From the IMG/VR virus record IMGVR_UViG_3300046001_006061, positions 2,928-66,927 of that record: a stretch of 64,000 nt of DNA; one strand, 5' to 3'. Made by a program: the position numbers and the translations under genes. The notes beneath the pieces were generated by a model. That model saw only the letters and a program-made list of their open reading frames with translations, was not told the origin of the DNA and did not search any database. Source of the DNA: a virus. Shown one piece after another: positions 28,881 through 39,300 of the stretch (its first letter is position 1; every line of letters begins with the position of its first letter).

Positions 28881-29812
28881 TGGAAAATGCTGATGATTTA
28901 TTATTTAGGTGTTCCGCATTGGGACACCTAATGAAAGAGCCGAAGGGTTCAAGTGCTTATTTTATACATGGAGTTGAACTTACAACAGCTAAAGCAAATA
29001 AACTAATTGACGAAGCTATTAAAACTAAAAGTATTGGAAACCTATTAGGTCTTGAAAAAAGAACTTTAAAGCCAAGCAATGACGATTTAGCAGAAGGAGT
29101 AAAAACACATTTAGTTGATGTGTATGTAGCTGCAATGTATGAAAGACATGAAGAAATATCTAGTAAATACTTGGACAAGGGAAACGAAACGGAAGAAAAT
29201 TCTATTACAATTGTTTCTCGAATGACTAAAGAGTTCTATAAGAAAAATGAAACTACTTTAAGGAATAATTTTATTTGCGGTACTCCCGATTTGTTTAAAG
29301 GAAAAGATATTCATAACGCTACTCACATTCGAGATACAAAGAGCAGCTATTCAGTTTACACTTTCCACCGTTCAATTTCAAAAGAATTATTAGACCTTTA
29401 CTATTGGCAAGTTCAAGGATACATGGCATTGAGTGGCGCACAAGTAGCAAATGTTGATTACTGCTTAAACAATACTCCTTTTAACATGATAGAAGCAGAA
29501 CTAAGACGTGAAAGTTATAAATATTTAGAAGGAAATACTCCTAATTGGATTGATTTACAAATTGCTGCCAATCATATATTTGACCGTAACAGTTTTGAAG
29601 AATTTATTCAGCGTATAGGAATTAACCCTACTGATGAAAACTCAAAAGCAATCGTTCAAGGATTTGTAGAAATACCTTTAGAAAAGCGTTGGTTTACTTT
29701 TGAAGTAAAACGCAATGATGAAGATATTCAACGCTTGTACGATAGAATAAGACAATGTAGAAACTGGATAAATGAAAGGTATTTCAATGACACAATTAGC
29801 ACCAACATTTAA
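28880..29812 (+). CDS. YqaJ/lambda-exonuclease-like PD-(D/E)XK nuclease
   Basis: FRCS..G.LM, KG...E, GTPD, D.KSS, YYWQVQGYM. Confidence 0.85.
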   Translation: MENADDLLFRCSALGHLMKEPKGSSAYFIHGVELTTAKANKLIDEAIKTKSIGNLLGLEKRTLKPSNDDLAEGVKTHLVDVYVAAMYERHEEISSKYLDKGNETEENSITIVSRMTKEFYKKNETTLRNNFICGTPDLFKGKDIHNATHIRDTKSSYSVYTFHRSISKELLDLYYWQVQGYMALSGAQVANVDYCLNNTPFNMIEAELRRESYKYLEGNTPNWIDLQIAANHIFDRNSFEEFIQRIGINPTDENSKAIVQGFVEIPLEKRWFTFEVKRNDEDIQRLYDRIRQCRNWINERYFNDTISTNI

Positions 29813-30239
29813 ATTTTACAGAGCCTACGTTAAGCCTTATAAAAAAAGACCTTTAACAATTAAGCAGCAGAACGAATTGGCTGTAAAAAACGCTAAAGAA
29901 GCTGTTTTTAGGGCAACTGATATTCCTTTTGAAATTCTTAATAAAAATATTAGACAAAGAACCATTACTTATCCTAGATATATGTTTTTTGCTTTATTGA
30001 ACAGAAATACCAAAATGACTCTAAAAGAAATTGGTGGATTATTTTGGAGAATGGCTTGGAATCCTATTTTAAAAAAGAACATTATGTGTGGGTATAATCA
30101 TGCAAGTATCATCTCTGGACTTGAAAACATTCGCAACATAGAATACGTTGGAATACGAGAAGAGTGGTATGATGTGTGGGTAAACTGCCAAAAAATATTT
30201 AAAGAATTACAGAATAAATCTAAATACGAAGGAGAGTAA
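29787..30239 (+). CDS. DnaA domain IV-like helix-turn-helix protein
   Basis: RQRTITYPRYMFFALL...MTLKEIGGLF...NHASIISGL. Confidence 0.7.
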   Translation: MTQLAPTFKFYRAYVKPYKKRPLTIKQQNELAVKNAKEAVFRATDIPFEILNKNIRQRTITYPRYMFFALLNRNTKMTLKEIGGLFWRMAWNPILKKNIMCGYNHASIISGLENIRNIEYVGIREEWYDVWVNCQKIFKELQNKSKYEGE

Positions 30240-30241
30240 TC

Positions 30242-30649
30242 ATGGCAAAGAAAGTAAAAACAATAATCCTTGACGAAAATAAAGTTAAAGAGTTTTTTGA
30301 AACAATAGAAGATGCTGCACTAAGAAACTCTATTATTGACGTACTTAAAATCTGTACCGTTACCAATACTAAAATACCACCTTTAGAAGAATTTATTGAA
30401 TACGGATATTTTATTTATCGACAGCAAAAACGAAATCCAAATGATTACGACTATGCTTTACGTGCAAAATACTTTCAATGGGTTGAAGATGGTTGGGTTG
30501 ATGGATATGGAACACCAATAAGAAATTGGAAAACAAAACTAGCTAATACAATTCCAAAACTTAGCCCAATGTTTCAAACTACACATAGAAACACCTCACA
30601 GAACCTTGTGGAAAACTTAATCAAAAATGGATTACCCGAATTTAAATAG
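30242..30649 (+). CDS. replication-initiator C-terminal-like protein
   Basis: PPLEEF..Y...GWVDGYG.PIRNWK. Confidence 0.5.
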   Translation: MAKKVKTIILDENKVKEFFETIEDAALRNSIIDVLKICTVTNTKIPPLEEFIEYGYFIYRQQKRNPNDYDYALRAKYFQWVEDGWVDGYGTPIRNWKTKLANTIPKLSPMFQTTHRNTSQNLVENLIKNGLPEFK

Positions 30650-31430
30650 CATGACCTATCCTTTAGAAAAAACAGAAAGCAAAGAAGAGTTAGCGCAAAA
30701 GAAACTTGTAGCCAAACTTACCGAAGAATGGGTTGAAAAGTATGATTTGCTAAAGGTAAATACATTTGTTGAATGTTTCCCTAGCGACACCAATTTAACG
30801 CTTAAAACCATAGCTAGAAAAGGATTTGATAAAGTTGCGAAAGGAACTGTTTATGTGGCAATAGCTAAACTAGCAACATCGTTTAATATAACTAATAATT
30901 TTACTCCCTTACAAATCGAAAACTTAGTAAATGATATTTTTGAGTTTTATTCACAACTTACTATTCGAGATTTAAAACTATTTTTTCAGCAAATAAGTTT
31001 AGGGCAGTTTGATAAAAATTACAACCGACTTGACGCTCCTTTAATATTTGGCTATTTAGAAATCTATTGCAATAATAGGCTTGCGGAAATTGAAAGAGAT
31101 AATGAGAAATATAAATCACAAAACAACGCTTTGGACAACCAAACTCTTTTAAAATACATTGCTCCATTTTTTAAAGACAAAGAAAAAAGAGTAATGAGAA
31201 CCGAAGCAAACGAAAGGTCAAAAGAAAAAATTAGACTAGAGCAAGAAGTCATTGATGGCTTTGTAGCAAAAGTTAGAAAAGACTTTGAGGAACTTCATCA
31301 TTTACAAGGTAGGCAAGGCGCAATAATGACCGTTAAATATCTGAAAAAAGATATGGACTTTAAACAATTTTACGAAACAATTTGTGCTGAAAAATTAGCG
31401 CATAGAGACAAACGCACACCTAAAAACTAA
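30627..31430 (+). CDS. putative helicase-loader/replication protein
   Basis: LT..DLKLFF....GQF...YNRLD...I; follows the replication-like gene. Confidence 0.45.
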   Translation: MDYPNLNSMTYPLEKTESKEELAQKKLVAKLTEEWVEKYDLLKVNTFVECFPSDTNLTLKTIARKGFDKVAKGTVYVAIAKLATSFNITNNFTPLQIENLVNDIFEFYSQLTIRDLKLFFQQISLGQFDKNYNRLDAPLIFGYLEIYCNNRLAEIERDNEKYKSQNNALDNQTLLKYIAPFFKDKEKRVMRTEANERSKEKIRLEQEVIDGFVAKVRKDFEELHHLQGRQGAIMTVKYLKKDMDFKQFYETICAEKLAHRDKRTPKN

Positions 31431-31614
31431 ACAACTTTTAAAATGGAAAACAAAGACCTAATCACAAAAGAGCAAGCTATTGTTTACGAAGCGGGCAGAT
31501 GTAATTTATTTATGTCGCTATTTTATCGGATTTTCACAAAGTATTTTCTTTGGATATGCGAGAAACGATACGACAGTTATCTTTATTTTATAATTAATAG
31601 ACCCAAATAGCAAT

Positions 31615-31650
31615 AAAAAAGCCCTCGCAAATCAATGTGAGGGCTGCTTT
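31615..31650. terminator. terminator between convergent modules
   Basis: AAAAAAGCCCTCGCA...TGTGAGGGCT. Confidence 0.7.
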
Positions 31651-31742
31651 AAAAAGTTTTTCATTGCAACTTATAAGTGTTACCTTTTATTTCAGATACC
31701 AATCACCGTTTATGTTTTTTATTCGCTTTACGGTAACGAAAT

Positions 31743-32114
31743 TTATTTTAAAAGCAATATCACTAAAACAATAAACTCGGTTGTAGTCACATAAGCCAAA
31801 CCTTTTATCCATTTGTTTTTAGTTTCTATTACTGATTTATTATCGTTGTTTATTTTTGTCAGATTTTTATTTGAGGTAAATAAGGTATCTGATAAAAATT
31901 CTAGGTTCTTTATTTTCTTCTTTAACTCTAGGTTTATGCTGTCGGTTTTATTTATTCTACTGCCTAATACCTTAACTTCTTCAAAGCATTTGATTGAGTT
32001 GTTAATTAGCGTATGCTTTGTACTGTCTGGCGGATTGTTGCCATAGCTTGTAACTGCTATCATAACTAAGAGAATCAATAGCGTAAAATTTTTCAATAAG
32101 TTTTCCTTTTTCAT
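31743..32114 (-). CDS. membrane coiled-coil protein, candidate spanin
   Basis: Signal peptide, coiled coil and C-terminal TM; in lysis cassette. Confidence 0.4.
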   Translation of the reverse strand: MKKENLLKNFTLLILLVMIAVTSYGNNPPDSTKHTLINNSIKCFEEVKVLGSRINKTDSINLELKKKIKNLEFLSDTLFTSNKNLTKINNDNKSVIETKNKWIKGLAYVTTTEFIVLVILLLK

Positions 32115-32310
32115 ATTTTATTTCTCCTTCTAATTCTATTATTACTGTATCAATTGTTTTGTTCGCCTTTAAAATACTATCAGTTAAATATTCTAGGTCG
32201 TATATTATTGGTACTTCTGTTTTGTGATTGTATCTACAAAGCTGTATTCCAATAATAAAGGAAAGTACCGCTACTATTGCTATTGTTATCCAAAAATCTT
32301 TTATCGTCAT
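32002..32310 (-). CDS. membrane-anchored protein, candidate i-spanin
   Basis: N-terminal TM; overlaps the next gene; follows the endolysin. Confidence 0.4.
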   Translation of the reverse strand: MTIKDFWITIAIVAVLSFIIGIQLCRYNHKTEVPIIYDLEYLTDSILKANKTIDTVIIELEGEIKYEKGKLIEKFYAIDSLSYDSSYKLWQQSARQYKAYAN

Positions 32311-32370
32311 GTTCTTGTTAGTTAAATAGTAAGCAATATCCAACCGAAATCAGTATTGCTGTAATGTCTT

Positions 32371-32832
32371 TTAGCATGGTTTACTATAAAGTTTATACTC
32401 CGCAGCCCTACGTCTTGTCAAGCCCGCTAATACCTTATTCCCTCCACGATTCCACCTCGCAAATTCGGCTGCAATAGTAGGTTCGTTTGGATTAGCATTT
32501 ACTTTCTTTAAAAGTGTGCTAGACTTTAAATTGCCATTACCGCAGTTATATGCGAAGTCAACAAGTGCGTCAAATTGATTTTGGTTAATATCATCTCTAC
32601 AATAAGCATCTACCGCTAATTCGTATTGAGTTAAAGTTTGTTTCAATAACTGTACTCCCGCTTCAACTGTTATCCTATTATCAGTCATTGATACTTTGCG
32701 ACCATCACTATATCTTGTACTTCCATACGCAATTGTACATACCCCCGCAGGACAAATATAAGGTACTGCACTAAATCCTTCAAACTCTTTTATAAGTTCA
32801 ATTAAATTGTTGCTAGATTTCGTTATTTTCAT
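32371..32832 (-). CDS. endolysin, GH24 lysozyme
   Basis: IKEFEG...PY.CPAGV.TI.YG.T, QFDALVDFAYN.G, GLTRRR.AE. Confidence 0.95.
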   Translation of the reverse strand: MKITKSSNNLIELIKEFEGFSAVPYICPAGVCTIAYGSTRYSDGRKVSMTDNRITVEAGVQLLKQTLTQYELAVDAYCRDDINQNQFDALVDFAYNCGNGNLKSSTLLKKVNANPNEPTIAAEFARWNRGGNKVLAGLTRRRAAEYKLYSKPC

Positions 32833-33052
32833 CTTCTTCCCCTCCCATTAACTTAGTTAAAAATTTAAATGCTACCGCAGTAACAGAAACAATACTACTT
32901 ATCGCCCAAGATTGAGTTGATGTAAATGTGCCTTCGGGCGCACCGCCTAAAACCAATTGAACTGTTGGTATCATTAATAGCCCAAAATCAGCTATGTACT
33001 TCCAAAATTTTGGTGTTGGTTTTTCATAGTTTTTTATTGATAGTTTTTTCAT
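32813..33052 (-). CDS. holin
   Basis: PTPKFWK motif, two TM helices, adjacent to lysozyme. Confidence 0.65.
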   Translation of the reverse strand: MKKLSIKNYEKPTPKFWKYIADFGLLMIPTVQLVLGGAPEGTFTSTQSWAISSIVSVTAVAFKFLTKLMGGEEDENNEI

Positions 33053-33053
33053 T

Positions 33054-33638
33054 TTATAGTTTTTCAATTTTAATATCCTTTGGTGCTTTTTGATTTCCTC
33101 CGAAAAAGAAACCTAAATAGTAACCATAAGGTTTTGTTTTTTGCTTTGCTTCTTCTACCTTGTCATATATTTTTAAATTACCCCTTATAGCTGTAAAGTA
33201 GTAATTGTTAAAAGTTTTAGTTATCTTAAAATCGGTTATACTATTTAAGGGTATATTGAAAACATCATAATAATAAGTCCTAACACCTTTTACATAGCAA
33301 TAGCTTGTACTTTCAAACACTTGCTTTTCTGTACTCCACCTCCAAACAAATCTAGCGGATTGCCAATGAACAGGTCTAAAGAAAGCCACCACTCTATTTA
33401 GTATCTTAACCTTAAAGTCGCAAGTATTAACTCTTGTGTCCTCTGTATTTAAAACTCTAAATCTTGGTAACAAACAATCAGTAAAACCAAACAATTTATT
33501 CCAATCATATTGGTCAGAATTGTTTAAATCATAGATTGTTTCTTCTATAAATTTATACGATGCTCTAATGTTTTTACCAAACTTAAACCCTACTTCGTCA
33601 TTAAAACAAATATGTTGCCCTTTTTTAATTATTAACAT
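33054..33638 (-). CDS. hypothetical protein
   Basis: DWNKLFG...SARFVWRW...FFGGNQKAP. Confidence 0.65.
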   Translation of the reverse strand: MLIIKKGQHICFNDEVGFKFGKNIRASYKFIEETIYDLNNSDQYDWNKLFGFTDCLLPRFRVLNTEDTRVNTCDFKVKILNRVVAFFRPVHWQSARFVWRWSTEKQVFESTSYCYVKGVRTYYYDVFNIPLNSITDFKITKTFNNYYFTAIRGNLKIYDKVEEAKQKTKPYGYYLGFFFGGNQKAPKDIKIEKL

Positions 33639-34294
33639 TGCTCTGTAATTAGTTTTAGTTTATTCTTTACCTGTCCAACGTAGCTATGTATCATCGTTTT
33701 GCCTATTTTACAAAAATCTTCTTCTCCATGTGTAGCAACCGAGCAGTAAAATAACCTATCGTTATTTCCGTCAATTTTGTTTCTGCTTAAAAAGTGTACG
33801 CTCGAAAACTTTACTTGCTCGCTTTTGTAGATATTTTTCAAATCGCAATCTTCCATTGTATTTACATCGAAGAAAACTCCATCACGCTCAATTTCACATT
33901 GTTTTAAAGTTCTTAAATAATGTTGGTCAAATACATAATTTTGATATTTGTTTGTTGCCCCTAAACTTAACATAACCTTACTTTCTCCATCTAGGCAATG
34001 CTGTTCATACAATACAGTTGCTTGCCTTAGTTCTGATTTCCCGTTGGTAGCTGCTAAAATAAGAAATCTGTCGCTGTGAGTATTCTTGAACATCTTAGAA
34101 ACAATGTGATTTATCTCGTTAAATGTTGATAAATCAAACACTAATTCTTGTGAAAGGTCTTTATTCTTTCTTTTTAGTACATTGTTTTCACGTTTTAGTG
34201 TAGTTATATAAGCAGCAGAAATAACACCAATACAACCAAGTAGTGCTGTGCCTAAAGTATTTAACGTGGTGTATGCTTCGGTGCTTAACATCAT
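33632..34294 (-). CDS. membrane-anchored protein with GAF-like soluble domain (possible holin/antiholin)
   Basis: N-terminal TM, coiled coil, located at lysis module. Confidence 0.35.
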   Translation of the reverse strand: MMLSTEAYTTLNTLGTALLGCIGVISAAYITTLKRENNVLKRKNKDLSQELVFDLSTFNEINHIVSKMFKNTHSDRFLILAATNGKSELRQATVLYEQHCLDGESKVMLSLGATNKYQNYVFDQHYLRTLKQCEIERDGVFFDVNTMEDCDLKNIYKSEQVKFSSVHFLSRNKIDGNNDRLFYCSVATHGEEDFCKIGKTMIHSYVGQVKNKLKLITEQC

Positions 34295-34301
34295 TTATTT
34301 T

Positions 34302-34541
34302 CTATGCTTGTAAAGTTATTAATTCGTAATTTACACAAGAATTTAACTGTACTTCCGAAAGCAAATCTTCTGCTTCGGGGTTTACAATGAAATAGTGTTT
34401 GCCTTCTGTGTCTATTATTGGCTCTGAATAGGTATCAGCACCGTTTGACTTATAGCCTAGTTTATTATTAGCTAAGTTGTTTAATCCTACCCACTCTGCT
34501 TTGCTTTTGCATTTAAAATATATAGGGAATGTTCTTTCCAT
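34302..34541 (-). CDS. small hypothetical protein (fibre chaperone-like position)
   Basis: Coupled to 34541-36052. Confidence 0.5.
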   Translation of the reverse strand: MERTFPIYFKCKSKAEWVGLNNLANNKLGYKSNGADTYSEPIIDTEGKHYFIVNPEAEDLLSEVQLNSCVNYELITLQA

Positions 34542-36052
34542 TAGAATCCTCCTTGATTAAATTGCGAAATCATCGAATAAATTGCTGTGTTCTGTGCTGA
34601 ACTATTATTTATAGAACTTACTACAACTGTGCTTATTTGGCTATTAGCAAAGTGAACGCTTGGAGAGCCAAATAATATATGACCCGCACCACCCACATAA
34701 GCACCTGTTATAGCACTACTAAAAGTACCGTTATTTACTTTGTTTCTTGTTGCGTTTGTTCCGAATACAGTAGTTGTCATTCCTAGTGTTTGAAATACTT
34801 TTGCTCCTTGTACTGCAAATAAAGCAGAAGTTAAACTTACGAATACATTGTTTGTTGAAAATGAAGCTATGACATTATTGAAATTGGTAGTACCATTAGA
34901 ATAAATTATTCTGTTGCCACTACCGTCTTGAACCAATGCTTTATACGCTGTATAGTTGGTATGGTTGTTTGCTAATGTTATTGTAGTTTCTAGTTTATCA
35001 TTTACTCCATCGCTTTGCATAAGGGTTCTTGAAACAATACAACCTTTATAGCCCGTACTTGCACTACCCGTATTTATTGTCCAAACTTCACTCGTTGTAC
35101 TTGTCCATTGTGTTTGACTTGTAGCTATATTATAGCTATTAGGATTAAAAGTAGATACTAAAGTTGTTGAAGTAGCGTCAGAATAAAAATTAGCACTAAT
35201 AATATTACAGCCAATTCCTAAATAGTTTGTATTAAATCCATTTCCTACTTGTATTGTTGATGTTATAGCTACTAATGGTGTTGCGTCTATTACTGTCGCT
35301 CCTACTTGTGTATAAGTTCCACCATCAGCCTTTTCCCAAAATGAATAATTATTTCCACTTCTTACAACCTTAATCCATCTATTGCCAGTTACACTTATTC
35401 CAACGGTTGATTCAATAGTTAAAACATTTACACTAGCAACTCTACCATAAAATCTTAAAATATTTGTTCCTGCTTGTATTTGTAAACTCCATCCATCAAC
35501 AGCCAAAGAAGGACAACCACCTAATACACCTCTTGATGTAAAGCCACTAAAATTAAATTCAAATGTAAAATCTGTATTTATTTGTGGACTTACATTTGTT
35601 GAAGTTTGACAAAAAGCACCAACTACATCATTTCCCGCACCCGTATAAAAATAGTTTCCAACTGTGCTGTCCCAACTTAATAATAACGGTTGGCTTGTTG
35701 CTGTGGTCTTTGTGTAGTCTGAACTAGGATTAATCGAATAAAGATTTTTAATTGCTTGCCCTAGTGTTTCTCCACTTCCCGCACCCATTAAGTAACCCGT
35801 AATATGTGGGTCTGCAAATATTGGGTAGAATGTGTTAAATTCAGCAGTTGTTGTAATTACTGTTGGCGTTCCTCCCGTTGCTGCTGCGTCTATTGCTGTT
35901 TGGATATATGCTGCTAATGTACTTACTCCAATAGGTAATACGGAGTTAGCGTCAACAGCTAATATTCGCAATTGGTGAGCAACTGCAATGTTAGTAGAAA
36001 GCAAACTTCGCTTTATTCCTCCTCTATTAAGTCCTAATCCTAGCCCTAGCAT
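34541..36052 (-). CDS. tail fibre/spike with LamG-like lectin domains
   Basis: MLGLGLGL N-terminus, T/S/G/N-rich beta composition, SDGVNDKL motif. Confidence 0.65.
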   Translation of the reverse strand: MLGLGLGLNRGGIKRSLLSTNIAVAHQLRILAVDANSVLPIGVSTLAAYIQTAIDAAATGGTPTVITTTAEFNTFYPIFADPHITGYLMGAGSGETLGQAIKNLYSINPSSDYTKTTATSQPLLLSWDSTVGNYFYTGAGNDVVGAFCQTSTNVSPQINTDFTFEFNFSGFTSRGVLGGCPSLAVDGWSLQIQAGTNILRFYGRVASVNVLTIESTVGISVTGNRWIKVVRSGNNYSFWEKADGGTYTQVGATVIDATPLVAITSTIQVGNGFNTNYLGIGCNIISANFYSDATSTTLVSTFNPNSYNIATSQTQWTSTTSEVWTINTGSASTGYKGCIVSRTLMQSDGVNDKLETTITLANNHTNYTAYKALVQDGSGNRIIYSNGTTNFNNVIASFSTNNVFVSLTSALFAVQGAKVFQTLGMTTTVFGTNATRNKVNNGTFSSAITGAYVGGAGHILFGSPSVHFANSQISTVVVSSINNSSAQNTAIYSMISQFNQGGF

Positions 36053-36054
36053 AA

Positions 36055-36378
36055 TTATAAACTTTTTGAGCGTAAGTAAGCTATGTATTTTCCGCTAACT
36101 ATTACAAATGTGCTGCAAGGAATGTAAAATACATCTCCCGCTAGGATTGTAATATTTCCGCCCGTAAGCGTATATGCGTCAGCATTAGGGTCAGAAATCC
36201 CACTTAAAACTAAGTTTGCAGCACCGTCAGCTTTAATCGCATAGATATAAGAACCTTTTGGTACTGTTGCCGAAGTTGGTGCAACATTGCTTATTATAGG
36301 GTTTATTTCGCCACCCATGTTTATACTATTTTGTTGGTTTATAAAGTAGTTTACTTGATTTGGGTCATCTATTTTCAT
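36055..36378 (-). CDS. putative structural protein
   Basis: Beta-rich, upstream of the fibre gene. Confidence 0.5.
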   Translation of the reverse strand: MKIDDPNQVNYFINQQNSINMGGEINPIISNVAPTSATVPKGSYIYAIKADGAANLVLSGISDPNADAYTLTGGNITILAGDVFYIPCSTFVIVSGKYIAYLRSKSL

Positions 36379-39300
36379 GGCTTCCTAAATTTTAAAATTA
36401 TTGTGCTTACGAAATTATGTATTTTTTGATTAAATAAAAAATATAATTTTAGTTTGATTTTATTCCCACCCACTCTTTTTCCCGTTCCGTAAAAATCTTT
36501 TAGAATATTAAATAAAACTCTATCTCGTCTTTCAGTGAAACTTGTAATGTTTGCAGCAGTTCCATTGTCGGTTGTTGTAATAACTCTATTTGGCACTCCG
36601 TCTTCAATATTTATCCAACTCTTTAAAAATCTTTTAAATATATTCGGTTCTTTTGCAATTGAAACCTCTACCATAGGATATTTTGTAATCCCTTGAATAT
36701 AGGTTTCTGAATTTCCGTTGTCGTATTCTAGCAGTCTAGTTCCCGTTGCTCCGCCTTGTGTGAAAGGGAAAAACCCAATCATTTTATTCAAATAAGTTGC
36801 AGTAATTCTAGGTTTAAAAGTATAGAATGTTGAAAACATATTCCACTTTTCGTTAAAGGCTAACATAAAATTTGAGTTTCTGTACTCTTTCCAAGTATTG
36901 AAAGTTGAACCCGTATAGTTTAAAGGAACATTCGTATTGTTAATTAACGCTTGGAAATAATATTTACTGTCATCATAATCAAAGTTACTTGTATTATCTC
37001 TAGCTTTTTGCCAAGCTATTTGACCCTCAGTATAATTACTTGCACTATTATAAACCGAACCTAAGTCAGCTTTTGCTATAAATAATACTTCGTCTGTATA
37101 AGAATTATAGCCTACATACATCGAATATTCGCCATCTAAATATTTGGTATTATTCAGTAAAAAGTTTGCCACAAAGTTAGTTTCTGAAATCTGTTTAATC
37201 CCATCAACTCCGTAACGAATAATCTTTTTGTTATCACTATCGTAAAAGGCTATGTATTCTGTACCACTTTTTGATAGATACCAAGTGCTTGATGTTTTAT
37301 ACTTTGCACCGTTACGAGAAATAGACATTTCCTTAGTACCCATAACCGTTCCTGTTCCTAAAATTAAGTCAGCAACGTCTTGTCCTTGTATTGCTATATT
37401 TGGGCTAATTGGTTGTACTTTAAAACCTCTTTCTTGTATAATTGCTAATACTTCTCTTATTCTATACATTCCCGTTAAAATGCCGTCTGACATTTCAAAC
37501 GCTTTTTGGTTTGAGAATTTAAATACTCGGTAAGGGTCTGATAAATCTCCTTCTAGTTTTTGCTCACTCCAAAATACTGTTGAAAAGTAATCTGTTACTT
37601 CGGGAATACTTGGGTTAAACGCTTGTGAAGTTCGTAAAGTATTTAGGTTTGTAAAACTTCCGTCATAAAGTCTTTCTTCTTGTGCTGTTGGTAAAGTATT
37701 AAACCAATCTCCTATAAAATTAGTATTCAAAGGATATACAAACTGTGATGAAGTTGGTGTAATATATTCAAGCTGTGAGTTTACTCTGTTTTGAGAATAA
37801 TATGATACTGCATAAGGACTACTAAGAACAGTAAATGGAAAAATAGGCATTACATCATATTCCTTGTAAACTACCTTTTGGAAACTTCTTTGTGTATATG
37901 TATCGCCACCAAATACTAATTGATTTGTTGTTGACGCAATTGAAACATTAATAAAGCAGCCTGTACTAAAATATTTACCTGTGTATTTGTTCCCATACCT
38001 ATCATCGCTAATCCCTATATATATTTGAGCATAATACCCGTAAACATCGGTATTAGAACTTGTATTAACTATTCCTGTTGCCGATGCTAAACCAAAACAT
38101 TTTGAATTGTTAATATAAAAAGTTGTTGAATCGGTACAGTCTATATACTGATTAGCAGCAGTCAATAGCCTACCATTAAATCCTATTGTTCCTGCGCTTT
38201 CAATTAAAGAAGTTGAAAATGTTGGAACTGTCTTGAAAAAACCATTATAGTTTTCTAATCCTCCGTTAAAGGAAAGCTGTAATATACTATCAGGACTTCC
38301 AAAACTTCTAATATTTTGATTAGGTGAAATACTTTGATTGTCTAATAAAATTCCTTGCGAAACAAATGTCATTTTTTGGTTATCTATAAGTATAGTACCC
38401 GCATAAGCATTATTAGCAAACAGCGTTCCTGTCTTTATGTACGAAGAGCCACTTACGATTTCATCTTCCACTCCAACTAAGATATATCCAGTATCTACAA
38501 TATCTCGTACACATTCTTGTCTTACTACTTCGACTGTTTCGATAGCATCAATAAAAGAAATGCCATCTATACTAGGGGCAGTTGCAAAATTTATGGAATT
38601 TATTCTTGGTGAATAAACATAAGTTTTTGTACCCGCAGCATTTGTCAAGTTCCCTAATTTACTTGTAATATCTGCTTCTATTTTTATGTCTGCACCAAAA
38701 TAAGTTTGAACTACTCCGCTTTTAAAGTAAACTTTTAACCCAAATCTGTATAGTTCATTATACATATAGCCAACAGTGTTTAAACAATTTTGGACATCGT
38801 AATATTCTTTACTTGGCAATGCTGCGGGTAGCGAAGTAGAAACAAAAACTGAATCAATTTCATTCGCTACTATACTAATATTTCCACTTGCAAAAACTGT
38901 ATTTTCAACCCAATCGGCTACGTCAGGATAATAACTACTAGCAGTTTCAACTCTACCTAAGAAATATTTGTTTTCCATTATTTCGTTTAAGTGCGCTGTT
39001 TTTAAAGCGGGCGAAACCGCTAATAATTCATTTATGTCAATAGATTGCTTGTTCTCGTTTCCTGAAATAGTAATTTCAAAAGTTTCGCCTAATATTGGGA
39101 AATCCCCTAATACATAAGCACTTTTAGTTAATCCAACTTGTTGAATTACTCCTATCTGAAATAACTCGTATAAGCTATCTTTTGCCTTGTCAATAGTAAT
39201 AGTTAAAGATTTTGTTGTGTCAATATTTGGTACTCCACCACCTCCTATTGCATCGGTTTGAGAACGAAAAAATACAGGAAATTGGTTTGTAAGTAAACTA

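Noticed and set aside
9906-36052. Diversity-generating retroelement acting on tail fibres
   Set aside because: No reverse transcriptase and no adenine-mismatched TR/VR pair seen; fibre repeats are in-frame structural duplications.
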